Shown in pieces: positions 27,312 to 41,289 of a DNA stretch of 64,000 bases (within the stretch, counting starts at the first letter, position 1; the number at the start of each line of letters is the position of its first letter). Both the position numbers and the translations under genes were made by a program. The DNA lies in the NCBI RefSeq assembly GCF_009914755.1, contig NC_060926.1. One strand, given 5' to 3'. The notes under the pieces are model-generated. The model saw only the letters and a list, made by a program, of their open reading frames with translations, ran no database searches and was not told the origin of the DNA. This DNA comes from the human T2T-CHM13v2.0 reference genome, Homo sapiens.

Positions 27312-27738
27312 AAGGTTATGGCCTCCAGCTATATCCATGATGCTGCAAAGGACATAATCTCATTCTATTTTATGGCTGTTTAGTAGTCCATGGTATGTAT
27401 GTACCACATTTTCTTTGTTTAGTCTCCTGATGATGGGCATTTAGGTTGATTCCACGACTTTGCTATTGGGAATAGTGTTGTGATGAACAGACGTGTTCCT
27501 CTGTCTTTATGGTTGAACAATTTATAATCTTTTGGGTATATAATGAATAATGGGATTGCTGGGTCAAATGGTAGTTCTTTCAGGTTCTTTGAAAAATCAC
27601 TAAATTGCCTCCCACAGTGTCTGAACTCAATTACATTCTTACCAACAGTGTATAAGCGTTCACTTTTCTCTGCAAACTCACCAGCAGCAGTTATTTTTTG
27701 ACTTTTTAGTAATAGCCATTCTGACTGGTATGAGATGA

Positions 27739-27838
27739 CTGGAAGAAGGTACCTGCTTCCCTTTTGCCTTTCACCATGATTGTAAGTTTCCTGAGACCTC
27801 TCCAGCCATGCATAACTGTGAATCAATTAAACCTCTTT
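27739..27838 (+). repeat. Inverted local copy of 27010-27110 (LTR fragment) inside the L1
   Basis: Reverse complement matches with 4 substitutions and 1 indel. Confidence 0.93.
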
Positions 27839-28977
27839 ACCATCTCATTGTTATATTTGCTTTTCTCTAATGATTAGTGATGTTGAGCGTATTTTCATGT
27901 TTGTTAGCCATTTGTGTTTTTTCTTTCAAAAAGTGTTTGTTCATGTCCTTTGCTTAATTTTTAATATGGTTATTTGTTTTTACTTGTTGATTTGTTTAAG
28001 TTCCTTATAGATTCTGGATATTAGAACTTTGTCAGATGCATAAATTATAAATACTTTCTCCAGTCTGTAGGTTGTTTGTGTGTGAATAGTTTCTTTCACT
28101 GTGCAGAAACTCTTCAGTTTAATTAAATCTCACTTGTCAATTTTCATTTTTGTTGCAATTGCTTTTGGTATTTTCATACAATCTTTTCCAGTTTCTATGT
28201 CCAGAATAGTATTTCCTAGGTTATTTTCCAGGATTTTTATAGTTTCAGGGTTTTCATTTAACTCTTTAATCCATCTTGAGTTGGTTTTTGTATGTGGTAA
28301 AGAAAGGGTACAGTTTCATTCTTCTCCAAATGTCTTGCCACTTATCCCAGCACCATTTATTAAAAAGGGAGTCCTTTCCCCATTGCTTGTTTTTGTTGAC
28401 TTTGTCACAAGATTATAGTTGTGCAGCTTTATTTTTGTTTTCTTTTACGTGTTCCATTGGTCTATGTGTCTGTTTCTGTACCAGTCCCATGCCATTTTGG
28501 TTACTGCAGCCTTACAGTGTAGTTTAAAGTTGGGTAATATGATGCCTACAGCTTTGTTCTTTTTGCTTTATTTCTAGCACTTTTATTTCCTTCTTTCTTA
28601 TATTATATTATATTCTTTTATTTCATTCTGCTGCCATTTCCCATCTAATCATGCATATGTCCCAACTTGTCCACTAGATTCTTTAACATAGTAATCATCT
28701 ATATATTAAATTTCACAGGTGGGAATTTTAATATACAGATGATTAATATGTTAAATATATGTGTCATATATAAGCTTAGTTCTATTGTTTTATCTTTTGA
28801 CAGTGTATTATTTATTTTACTTGCATCTTTGTGTATCTTATAATTTTGGTTAGAAGCCATATATCTTCAGTACAGTAGTAGAAACTTATTAAATTGTTTA
28901 TATACTTTATCCAGAAATTACCTTTTTTTTGGTAAGCCCTTTATTATAGGGAGTTGTGCCAATATTCAGGTGCTGAG

Positions 28978-29342
28978 TGCTATGGTTTGAATGTTCCCGC
29001 CAACATTGATGTTGAAATTTAATTGCCATTTTAACAGTGTGGAGAAGTGGGACCTTTAAGAGATGATTAGGTCACAAGGGCTCCACTTTTATAAGTGAAT
29101 TAATGCCATTATTGAGAAAGTGTGCTCTTGATAAAAGCATGAATTTGGCTTCACTTTTCTCTCTGTCTTACATGCTCATTCACCATGTGATGCCTTCCAC
29201 AATGGAACAAACCCCACCAGATTCTGGTGTCATGTTCTTGAATTTCCCAGACCCCAGGAGCATGAGCCAAATAAACTTCTATTTGTTATAAGTTATCCAG
29301 GCTGTGGTACCCTATTATAGCAGCAGAAAATAAATTAAGACA
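28978..29342 (+). mobile_element. MSTC/MSTD-like solo LTR
   Basis: tgctatggtttgaatg...aattaagaca; exact TSD CTGAG at 28973 and 29343. Confidence 0.92.
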
Positions 29343-30379
29343 CTGAGTTTCTGGTTTGCTGCTTCTGGTCACTCTCAGTTCACCACAGGCTTCCAAACTC
29401 TCTGATTTACCTTATGTTTAAAGGGTGGGCTGGTCTGTCAGGTAGTTTCTCTCAATGTCTCATCCACTCTCAAATTCAGATCTCCCATGTGCACTTCTGT
29501 CTCAGAGAAGGTCGTTCTTTCCACACTCTTATAATTCCCCCTGGCTGTAGACTGTTTTGTATTACTCAACACTTTCTAGCCTAGTGTTGGCAGAAAGGGA
29601 GGATGACATTTTTCATTTTTCTGTTTTACTATCAGCCTTAGGTAGGAAAGTATGTCATGAGTTTTGAGGGTAGAACCCAATATGAAAATCCTACTGTTCT
29701 TTTATCAGTATAAACTTATTTAATAATCTGTGCCCAGAATGTATTTCAGGCCTTCCCTTAGGATTTTTTTTCTTCTATTTCTCCTGAGGGTAGAAGTATT
29801 TGCTGCTATTTTGCAAGTGGTATAAAGCTTTTGTTCTACAGTAAATATAGAAAAGGATCTGGTTTCTTAGACTAGGGGAATATGTGTTATTGTTACTGTT
29901 ATTGAGTAGGACATTGTAACAAATGTAATCTATTGCTGATGGGAATGCTATTAGCAAAAGGTGTACATTTGGTTTTGGCTATCAGTTGAGAAGTAATCTA
30001 TAGCAAATAAGTAAATAAAAGCATGATGTTTTATTGTATTTAAGTGTTTAAGGTCAATAGCTTGATCTTCAGAGATAAAACTAAAACTCACTATTGAAGA
30101 GCATGAACTAGACAGTCAGATTAGTTGTGTACTGTAGTTAATAGAAAGGATAAGAATGCAAACGGGAAAAATTAAAGTCAATTCTTAGTCTTCCTGCGTT
30201 AATTTAAATTGTGTTTGCAAGTGATTTAAATACTTTCCCAAAATGTCTTAAGGAAAACGACTTAAATGGTTCATATAGTCAGAAAGTTCCCAGGTAGTTC
30301 TAGCTCCCATTGTGACTTAATAATACATATCTTTATTTATTTTTCTTGGTTTCTTTTTCCATCATTTTGGTCACACTTA

Positions 30380-30697
30380 AGACAGATATTCTCTGTGGTG
30401 GCAAAATTGCTCCAGTAATGTCCCACGTCTTTCCAGATGAAAGTGCAGCCAGAAATAATGTTTGCTTCTGTTCCAGATTTGTTATCAAACATTGCATGAT
30501 GCTTATTAGCTCTGAGTAGTTACATAGCCATTGTATCAGTCATTGCCACCATAGCATAATCAAGCCTCTGACATGGTATCCCTGGCATCTGAGAAGAGCC
30601 AGATTCCTTCTAAACACATTGACAAAGAGTGAAAGAAAACTATATTCCAAAACAATATTAGACATTTTTAGGAGAAATAGAATTAACTGATGCCAGT
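30380..30697 (-). mobile_element. Old MLT1(J/K)-like LTR remnant, interrupted by MLT1A
   Basis: gtggtggcaaaattgctcc..attagctctgagtagttacat..; degenerate. Confidence 0.4.
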
Positions 30698-30701
30698 TGT
30701 C

Positions 30702-31070
30702 TGTTTTAGTCAATTGGGGGTGCTATAACAAATTACCACAGATGGGTAGCTTAAGTACCAGACATTTATTTCTCATAGTTCTGCAGGCTGGGAAGTCTGA
30801 GGTCAAGGTTCTGGAAGATCTGGTATCTGGAGAGGGTCTGCCTTTTGGTTTTCAGATGCAGTCTTCTCATTGGATCTTCACATAACAGAGATCAGAGAAT
30901 AAGCACACTTTCTTGTTTCTCTTATAAGGGCACTAATCCCATCATAAGGGCTTCCAGCTTTATGATCTAATTATCTCTCAAAGGCCCCATATCCAAATAT
31001 CATCACATTGGGGATTAGGGTTTTAACATATAAATTTGGATGGAGAGGACACAACATTTTGTCCACAGAA
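30702..31070 (-). mobile_element. MLT1A/MLT1A0 solo LTR
   Basis: gctataacaaattaccacagatgggtagctta..ggctgggaagtctgaggtcaagg..cttataagggcactaatccc..ggacacaacatt. Confidence 0.88.
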
Positions 31071-32223
31071 GTGGCCAAAAAAACAAAAATGACTATTGTA
31101 TTCAAAGATCATTGATAGTTTTCATTTACTTGATATTTCAGAAACTCATTTTCTCATCCTTTTCTAGTATTCATGTTTCTCTAGAATTCAAAGACATACT
31201 GGTCTAATATTAAACTGTGTTCACCATGCCAATTTACCCCAGTTTTTGTAAGCTTTTTATCTTAGGTTCAGTCTAAGAGTAAAAAGCATTGTCTTTTATT
31301 GTAGGTTGCAATTTTGAGAGGCTAAGTTGTGAAAGAGCAGAAATGTGACTACGTTTAGAATCTTCTTTTGCAACTAACTTTACTTTTAAGCTGTTTTATG
31401 CTGAGATATATACCTACCACTTAAAATATCTCAATCAAAGTCTACGTTAAAGCTGCCATTCTCAAATAAGGACTATGTATTCATTTGTCATTTAAAATAT
31501 ATTCTATCATGTAATCCTTTCAGTCAATTCATGGGGAAGATAATATTGTCTACTTGATGCTGACATTGCTCTGATCCCAATGATAGGCCAAATAAAAGTT
31601 AGATTAAAAGACATCTCCCTCTGACTTCAAAATTTTTGCTAATTTTAATGTAATATGATATGTGGATGAACAGGCAAAAAATTGAGTCACATGAGTTTTC
31701 ATGTTTTAGAGAAACTATTGGAAAAAAATTGTTAAGCCATGTTTGAGAAATAAAGAATATTCCTGGTTTCTAATATTATACAAACCTCAGTTGATTATTT
31801 TAAACTAGTGATGATATTCAGGGCATGTCTAAAAAAACACTGGGAGTATAACTGTGTTCATGGTTGATATAATTAATTTTGATTCCTGTTTTCATTGTTC
31901 ATAAAATTATAATTTTCAAAGTATTTGAATTCTAAATGTTCTGTTTTATCCAGTTTTTCTTTTTAAATTCATATAGGTTTTTAACTGGGTAAATGAGTAA
32001 GAAAAATATATACATTTAATATTTGAGTTCTGGTCTTAAAATAACTATAACAGTTTTATAAACCAAGATGATATTTTAATTTAATTATTTAAAAAATATA
32101 TTTTTTGGTTTGCATTGACTTACTAAATAGATTTGCAGTTCAGAATAAATCATAAGTAAATGTTCTAACTTGAACTAGGACTTAAATAAAAAATTAAATT
32201 AATTCACAGTTTTCATTCAAAGT

Positions 32224-32448
32224 CTAGTTTTGTGCTAGTTCATTTGGTAGCTTTTAGCCTCAAATAGCTATTGAGCACTGGTAGCATGGCTAGTGCTACA
32301 TTTTGAAATAACAATATTTTAGATATGTTACATTAAATAAAATATATTATTAAAATAAATTACAGCTGTTTATTTTCAGTTTTAATGTGACTGCTAGAAA
32401 ATTTATAACTATAATTGTAGCTTGCATTCTATTAGACAGCACTGACTA
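32224..32448. mobile_element. MER33/MER3-like hAT element
   Basis: gctattgagcactgg..atggctagtgc..taaataaaatatattattaaaat..ctattagacagcactg. Confidence 0.7.
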
Positions 32449-32555
32449 GATCAATCTGCAGATCTAGAAATTTAGAAAGCCCTTTAGATTTTAAATCTTC
32501 TAAACCGATGCCTACAAAACACCAATATTTAAAATCATTTTCTTTCTCTTAGCTA

Positions 32556-32637
32556 ACCAGCAGCTTTGTGAGAATTTTTATTCAGCATTTCTAGAGACCA
32601 GCAGCTTTGTGAGAATTTTTATTCAGCATTTCTAGAG
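32556..32637 (+). repeat. Exact 41-bp tandem duplication
   Basis: ACCAGCAGCTTTGTGAGAATTTTTATTCAGCATTTCTAGAG x2. Confidence 0.97.
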
Positions 32638-33393
32638 AATGCTGAAGTCACTGAATCTCACCACTTGTGCCCCATCTGTATTTATGCAAATGGAATAGTG
32701 TGACAACTGATATGTAAAACAATATATTTTATTATGTGCATATTCTGTTATTCATAGTGTATTCAAAACCACTTATAAGGCAAAAGAACTGGTAGATGAG
32801 ATTGTCTACCATCATATACTCAGTATTGACAGCTGAGAACAGTTTTCAGTAGTAGAAATATGTGCATTTTCTTGAGCATAACTAGTGGAATGTTGAAAAA
32901 GTAGTACTCATTGAGGAATTATGCCCTGTATTTGAAAATCTTTTAGTTATTCCATTATAGACCTTGGTGTGCTTTTGAGGTGCTCCTGAAGTGATAAAGT
33001 CTTTGTTATGTTGGTTGGTTGGCTGGTTGGATGGTTAATTAATTTGGTATCTTGGTGTCATATTTCATTAGCAGACACACTTGTACAAAATACTCTATTT
33101 TTTTTTCCTATGACCTAATCAGGTCATTTTGTTTGTGCATCAAGAGGCATGATACCCATTTCATGTAAATCATTTCTAGATAGTTAGAACATAACTGTAA
33201 AAAATATTGAAAATGAAGGACAAGGGCAAGAAAAAAATGAGCTCTTTAGGAATTAGAACAATTATTATTTTCCTACAGATAGCCTAAGAAAATGATGCAC
33301 AGTTAAAAGAGACTAACTACAACATTTAAAAATTTTTATCTTGTCCCTGATGCTTTCGTTTCCTTCCTTGATTGATTGTCATCATGGCGCCCC

Positions 33394-33456
33394 TTCTTTC
33401 TTTCTTTCTTTCTTTCTTTCTCTCTCTCTTTCTTTCTTTCTTTCTCTCTTTCTTTC

Positions 33457-33511
<55 letters not shown>

Positions 33512-33557
33512 CTTTCTTTCTCTTTCTCTCTTTCTCTCTCTCTCTCTTTCTTTCTCT
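33394..33557. repeat. (TTTC/TC)n microsatellite derived from an Alu A-tail
   Basis: Lies between the Alu body and its TSD atcatggc (33381; mate at 33849). Confidence 0.93.
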
Positions 33558-33864
<307 letters not shown>

Positions 33865-34653
33865 TAAAAAGTAGTTATGCAGTTATATATAACAATTAAA
33901 ACCCTCGCCTACATAGCTTAATATGAGTCTCTGGAAAATTTTTTCCTCTACTCTCTCTCCAAAACAGAACAATCATTAATGATATAGTTTGGGATTTAAT
34001 TGATATCCTTTGTTATACTGTATTTCCAATGCAGCCAAATGCGATTTTATTATTCAGCTGGCTATCTTTTATTCAATGTCAGGATGAGTTAATCACTTTC
34101 TTTCTAATAGTTACCACATATCAGTGAGTTAATGTCATGATGAATATATCCAGAAAGGAATAACATAGGCTAAAATAGAATATTATAAGAAATATTCTCT
34201 ATCTGCCTGTTTCACTTCAAGTATTATAATATTGAATGCAATTGCTAATTAAAAGTTTAGGGAGTCAAGACATGCCTAAGAGTACCCAGATAATTGACCT
34301 AGATAATCCTAATAACAAGTTAGGTGCCTTAACCAAGTCATTGAAAGAATCGTATTTCTTCTGTCCAGTCGTGTGTCAGCCACTAGTTGTTAAATATCTC
34401 CTGATACATTTCTTAATTCCTCACTCTGTTTCCTAAACTGTTCGGTATGTATTTGTTACCTGGACTCTAAAGTTTCTTTTTGTATGGACTAGGTGTGATA
34501 TTTCAAACCTGTGCTTTTTACTCATATTTTGGGTTCTGACTGTGATATAGCACTGGGAGGAGATTGTAAAACATCTGTTGAGAGTCACTGCCTTATCTAT
34601 AGTCTGAACTAAAAATGTCTCTCTTCAGATGACTCCAAGAGTTCATATATTTA

Positions 34654-35099
<446 letters not shown>

Positions 35100-35869
35100 T
35101 CAGTTTTCTAGTGTCAACATGGCTTTTGGAATCAAGCACAAGTGGGCACAGAAATAAAGAAAACAGGCCTACATACTTCATGATGTTTTTTTTTTTTTAA
35201 GATTTTTTTCTTATTTTTCTTATTTTTGCTGTAAATCGTATGTACTCTCTCCACCTTGCCGGCAGTTACATGCTTGTGACATGTATCCTTCCTAAGAGGG
35301 AAAAAATGTTAATTACTGAACCTCAGATTCTGATGCCTGGTCTGATTTATAGTTTATGGGTGATGTGTTTGGCATTTTCAAGGCTCAGTTGGTTTTGTTG
35401 AGCTTCAGGACTGAAGACTTGGTCCCTTAAAGAAGAACATTCTGCTTTTAGTAATAACCAGGTTAATGTGGGCCACATGCCAGTCCAGCTGAATATGCAT
35501 GAAGTGATTGAAATTGAAAGTCAGTTCCTTACATGTTTGAGTTTCATGCTATGAGGAACCTTACAAATAGAGGTCAGAGGGATTTTTATGTTGAAAATCA
35601 GTAGAGTGTTACCTTTGCTATGGAAGAAAACAACTTTCTTCCGATATTAATGTCAGCATTAGAGTAATTGCTCTGTGAAACTCTGTCTCTAGAGTTCCAT
35701 TCTCTCTTGAACAACAAATCTTTATCATCACCTTAGTATTCAGGTCATTTTTCATAAGTAGCACATAAAGAACACATTAATCTTTATAGATGTCTGCCTA
35801 TATTTTTATCTCAAGGTTAATTATTGTCAAATATTGTCAACCCACAGCCTTTTCCTTTGCCAAGAGTTC

Positions 35870-36050
35870 TCTATTAACTCCTCCAATAACCTCCCATCTT
35901 TTAAAATAAAAACATTGATTTTCCCTCAAAGATGTTATCATTACCTGGAAACTGAGGCAAACAAAGTTAAGTCATGTGTTCAAGTTTTCAGTGTAAATGC
36001 TGAACCAGACACACAATCCACACATATATTTTAATCCACAAACTCACTAT
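35870..36050 (-). mobile_element. MIR
   Basis: ggaaactgaggcaaacaaagttaagtcatgtgttcaag. Confidence 0.6.
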
Positions 36051-36169
36051 TAAAGTTATAATGCAGACTTTGACGAATATGACGAGCAACATATTAATTA
36101 AAAACCTGAACAAGTAAATAATGTTCATGACCAATATAAATGGATGCTTTAAAAAAAAATGACTCAAAC

Positions 36170-38863
36170 AGATGTCATCAAGATGGCTTACTAGAAGCCT
36201 CTAGCACTCACCTCCTCCACAAAGAAGAACCATAACAGCAAACCACACATTGAATAGGATGTTTAAGGGAGAACAATGAAATTCAGCAAGGAAGTGATGA
36301 AGACCGTCTGAGGCATGGAAGCTTGAGATGGTAGCATAGAGAGGGAAGCAAAGAATCTGGCCAAGATTGGCTCAGAGCCAAGAGGTACTCCCCATTTCTG
36401 AGAATAGGTGAGTGGGGAATGCCCCAAAGCCCACATTTTGACAACAGATACCTGCAATTCTAGCTATAGTAGAGCCCCTCAGGCCTCATAGGCCCTAAGT
36501 TCACCAGAGGGAGTTGCCTGGAGTTCATAGGATTTTATTATCCCAGAGAAAAAAAATTAATGCTAGATCACCTTCACTCGTTGGGACCCAGGTTATTGCA
36601 GCACAATGCCATTTTGAGAGCATGGTCACCATCAGAGTACATCCTTCCCTGAGGACGAATAGCCCCTGCATTTCCACATCCCTGGGGCCTGACATCCATC
36701 CCACATCCATTCAGAGGGTTGCAGTGTTGCGCCACCAGCTGGACCCAATAGTTCAGCCGTGACTGTTGTACTGAAGCACATGCAGGACCCTCCATCCTAG
36801 AGTATAAATAGTCTAGCACAGTGAGGAAGCTTTCCCCCGGACGGAGAAAGCTGACATGCATATTCCCCAGAGCCTTCAAGCCACCACTTCAAGGCATAAC
36901 ACCACAACCAGCAATTACATTTACTCCAGCAGCAGAGATGCCATGAACTTGTGCATGTACTTGAAGGGCCTGAAGGCTGGTCTGCCTGGTATCCCCACCT
37001 CTGAGCAAACTTGTGCCATGGCAAATAATCACAGAATGGCCACCAGGGCACTTAGAGACACTGCTGACATTGATTACCAAATAATTTTTATAGAGACTAT
37101 ATTACTGTGCCCACTCAGAACCAAAGCCAAAGTATTTTATCCAAGTAAAACTGTAGGACACACATAGAGAAAAAGATCTTTCCCTATAAAAGCTACTTCA
37201 TAAAACTGGAAGAAGAGATTGTTCCACCAGATGCACAGATATTAACATAGGAATACCAAAAAAAATATGATTTAGAAATTCAATAAAAAGATAGCTGTAT
37301 TAAAAAAGAACCAAACAGACATATTAAAATTGAAAAATTAAATAAATACAATAAAAATAAGTGCTTCATCAATAGACTAAATTAAGTAGAAGAAAGAATT
37401 TCTGAACTTACAGACAGGCCTTTTGAGATAAATGCATTAGCCAAAAGAGGAAAAAGAATAAAAATGAATGAAGCAGGACTACGGGACGTATAAGAGGACA
37501 TTAAGAAAACAAATATTGGAATCATGGAAGTTCCACATTAAGCAGAGAAGAAGAAAAACATAGAAAACCTGTTTAATGATGTAATAGCTGAAAACTCAAT
37601 TCTTGGAAGATGTGTGGCATGCAGATAACAAGCTCAAATATTTCCATGTAGATTTAACCCAAAAATGTCCTCTCTGAAGTACAATAAATAACTATCACAA
37701 GATAAAGAGAGACTTCTAAAAACAGCAAGAGGAAAGCATCAAGACACCTATGAGGAAATGCCAATCAGAGAAACGGTAAATTTGTTAGTGGAAACTATAC
37801 AGGTCAGGAAATAATATGATAATATAGTCAAAATTCAGGGAAAAACAGACAAATTACCTTCCAGCCAGAAATATAACACTCAGGCAAAACTATCCTTTAG
37901 AAATTAAGGAGAAATAAAGTGTTTCCCAGGCAAGCAAAAATTGAGGGAATTCATCACCACTAGACTGGTCCTACAAGAATGCTTAAGAAAGTCTTACATT
38001 TGAAAGCACATGGGCAATCTCTACCATTATAAAAACATATAAAAATGTGAACCTCACTGGTAGAACAGATAAATAAATGAGAAATAAAACAGAATCAAGT
38101 TAAATCAATATAGAAAATCAACAAACTGCAAAGATAAGCAATAAGAGAGGAAGAAAGAAACAAAGAATTTGTAAAACACTAGAAAACAATGTAAAAAATG
38201 ATAGGAGTAAGTTTTTCCCAGTCAATAACTGACTAGCATGTAAATGATTTAAATTCCCCAATAAAAAGATACAGAATGGCTGAATCGATTAAAAAACAAG
38301 ACTCAACTATATGCTGCCCACAAGAGACTCACTTCATTTGTAAGGATACATGTAGACTGAAAGTGAAGAGATGGAAAAAGATATTTCATACAAATGGAAA
38401 TAAAAAGTGAGCAGAAAAGCTATATTTATATCAGATAAAATAGACTTTAAGTAACAAAAAAAGAAACAAAGAAGGTTATTGTGTAATAATAACAAGATCA
38501 ATTAAGCAAGAGGATATAACAATGTTAAATATGTATGTACCCAATACCATAGCATCCAGATTTACAAAGCAAATATTGTTAGAACTAAGGGGAGAGAGAG
38601 TCTCCACTACAGTAAAAGCTGGGGACTTTAACGCCTGACTCTAAGCATGAAACATATCATCTAGACAGAGAGTCAAGAAACATAGGTCTTAAACTGCACT
38701 TAACACCAAATAGACCTAAAAGGCATTTATAAGTCATTTTATCCTTTAGCTGCAGAAGACACATTCTTCTCATTAGCACATAAAATATTATTTAGCATTA
38801 ATTATACTTAGAGCCAAAAACAAGTCTCAATATATTTTTGAAAACTCAAAATTATATCAAGTA
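36170..38863 (+). mobile_element. L1MA-type LINE 5' part: 5'UTR, degenerate ORF1, start of ORF2 endonuclease
   Basis: caagatggc..5' end; ORF1-like gaattcatcaccactagactggtcctacaagaa; ORF2 start region atgataggagtaag..atgctgcccacaagagactcacttc..ctggggactttaac. Confidence 0.88.
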
Positions 38864-40013
38864 AGAGGAAGCAGAGCATAAAACTTTAGAAAATTTTCAG
38901 TCTGATGATGCAATAGAAAAGAAAAACCCATTTTCTGAAGAGAAATTCAAGCCAGCTGCAGAAATTTGCATAAGTAATGGGGAGCCAAATGTTAATCACC
39001 AAGGCAATGGGGAAAATGTCTTTAGGCATGTCAGAGCCCTTCACGGCATCCCCGCCTGTCACAGGCCTGGAGGCTTAGGAGGAAAAAATGGTTTCATGGG
39101 CCAGGCCCGAGGCCCCCCTGCTGTGTGCAGCCTTGGGACTTGGTGCCCTACTTTCCAGCTGCTCCTGCCATGCTAAAAGGGGCCGCGGCACAGCTCTGGC
39201 CATTGCTTCAGGTGCAAGCACCCAGTCTTGGCAGCTTGCCTTGCACATGATGTTAGTCCTGCAGGTGTTCATAAGATAAGAATTGAGGTTTGGGAACCTC
39301 TGCCTAGATTTCAGAGGATGTATGGGAACACCTGGATGTCCAGCAGAAGTCTACTGCAGGGGTGCAGTCCTCATGGAGAACCTCTACTAGGGCAATGCAG
39401 AAGGAAAATGTAGGGTTGGAGCCCTACACAGAGTCCCCACTAGGGCATTGCCCAGTGGAGCTGTGAGAAGAGGGCCACTGTCCTCCAGACCCCAGAATGT
39501 TACATCCACTGACAGCTTGCACCGTGCACCTGGAAAAGCTGCAGGCACTCAACACCAGCCCATGAAAGCATCTGACTGGGGGCTCTACTCTAAAGTCACA
39601 GTGGGTGGAGATGCCCAAGGTTGTGGGAGCCCACCTCTTGCATCAGCATGCCCTGAATGTGGGCCATGGAGTCAAAACAGATCATTTTGGAACTTTAAGG
39701 TTTAATGAATGCCCTCTTGGATTTTGGACTTGCATGGGGCCTGGAGCCCCTTTGTTCTGGCCAGTTTCTCCCATTTGAAATAGTTGTATTTACCCAGTGC
39801 CTATACCCCCATTATATCTAGGAAGTAACTAATTTGCTTTTGATTTTACAGGCTTATAGGCAAAAGGGACTTGCCTTGTCTCAGATGAGACTTTGGACTA
39901 TGGAATTTTGAGTTAATGCTGGAATGAGTTAAGACTTTGGAGGACTGTTGGAAGGGCATGATTGTGTTTTAAAATGTGAGGACATGAGATGTGGGGGGGG
40001 TGCATGGGTGGAA
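38864..40013 (+). mobile_element. THE1 internal (MaLR-int) 3' portion
   Basis: ggaagcagagcataaaa..gaaattcaagccagctgcagaaatttgcataagtaa..gactttggaggactgttgg..purine-rich tract before the LTR. Confidence 0.93.
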
Positions 40014-40378
40014 TGATATGATTTGGCTGTGTCCCCCACCCAAATCTTGTCTTGAATTGTAGTTCCCATAATCCCTACATGTCATAGGAGGGACCTGATG
40101 GGAGGTAATTGAATCATGGGAGCAGTTACCTTCATGCTGTTCTCATGATAGTAAGTTCTCAGGAGATCTGATGGTTTTATAGATGGTTTCACCCCCTTTG
40201 CTCAGCACTCTTCTCTCTTTCTGACTTGTGAAGGACATGTTTGCTTCCCTTTCCACCATGTTTGTAAGTTTCCTGAGGCCTTCCCAGCCATTTGGAACTG
40301 TGAGTCAATTAAACCTCTTTTCTTTGTAAATTACCAAGTCTCAGATATTTCTTCATAGAAGTGTGAGAATGAATAGTA
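40014..40378 (+). mobile_element. THE1C/D 3' LTR
   Basis: tgatatgatttggctgtgtcccccacccaaatc..tgtgagtcaattaaacctcttt. Confidence 0.93.
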
Positions 40379-40950
40379 TGGAATCATTGTAAGTGTCCAT
40401 CACCAGCTGAATGAATTAAAAAATTGTGGTATAAATATACAAGGGAATAATATGCAGCTATTACAAAATAATAAAATTCTGTTATTTGCATCAACATGGA
40501 TAAACCTGGAAGACATTATATTAAGTGAAATAAATTAGGCACAAAAAGATAAATACCATGTGTATCACTTGTACGTGGGAACAAAAACATTTAGCTCACA
40601 GAAGTAAAGAGAAGAACTGTGGTTATTAGAGGCTTGAAAATGTAGGAGTAAGAGAAGATAGAAAGAGGTTTCATAAAGGATATAAAATTATAGCTAGAAA
40701 AAAGAAGGAGTCCTAGAATTCTATACTACCTCGGGCAACTATAGTTAACAATAATTTAATATATATTTTCAAAAATCCTAAAGAGAGGATTTTGAATGGT
40801 CACAACACAAAGAAATAATAAATGTTTTAGGTGATGAGTATGCTAATTACACAGATTTAATCATTACATATTATATACATGTATAAAAATATCACATTGT
40901 ATTCCCCAAAATATGTACAATTTTATGTCACTCAAAAATTTTAAAATTTT
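40379..40950 (+). mobile_element. L1MA 3' end (probably the same element as 36170-38863)
   Basis: tggaatca..taagtgtccatca..ttatattaagtgaaataa..caacacaaagaaataataaatg..aaaatatcacattgtattcccc. Confidence 0.88.
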
Positions 40951-41289
40951 CTAAATGACAAGAATATTTTAAAGATCTCTAAGTAAAAAGTTTTAAAACA
41001 TTTTTAAATAAAATTTTTATTCAACAATATTTAATATGCTTCTCAGTTTAACTAGAATTTAATAAGAATAAGATGTTTTAAGTAGTCAATATTTAGAGTG
41101 TGTATATGTAACCAAAATATGAAAATGTATTAGTATTCTTTACAATTAAATGTGTTTTAAAGGTGCAATATAATCCTTGTAAGGAAAAGGCAAACAAATA
41201 AATAAGTCCACAATTGACCAGTAAAAGACAAATTATGTATAGAATGTAAGTATAACATTCAAATAAAGAAAAATGACAAATTACAGAAC

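Larger units (their letters stand above)
26650..28569 (-). mobile_element. 5'-truncated L1PA15/16-like LINE (3'UTR plus end of ORF2, degenerate)
   Basis: ggggtacatgtacaggtttgtt..atcacccaggtaataagcatagtaccc..; degenerate ORF2 C-terminal peptide ELPFDPAIPL..WNQPKCPS visible in ORF 27419-27826. Confidence 0.93.
26370..29900 (-). mobile_element. Ancient L1M 5'/ORF1-region remnant hosting younger inserts (pieces about 26370-26645, 28570-28972, 29348-29900)
   Basis: Degenerate antisense L1M-like sequence (acctatcttcaagcttac..) continues across the inserts; decayed TSD atttccagcattt/atttctagcactt around the L1PA. Confidence 0.5.

Noticed and set aside
36170-38863. Functional L1 ORF1/ORF2 or active L1 promoter
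   Set aside because: Numerous stops and frameshifts, CpG-depleted 5'UTR, and ORF2 truncated by deletion
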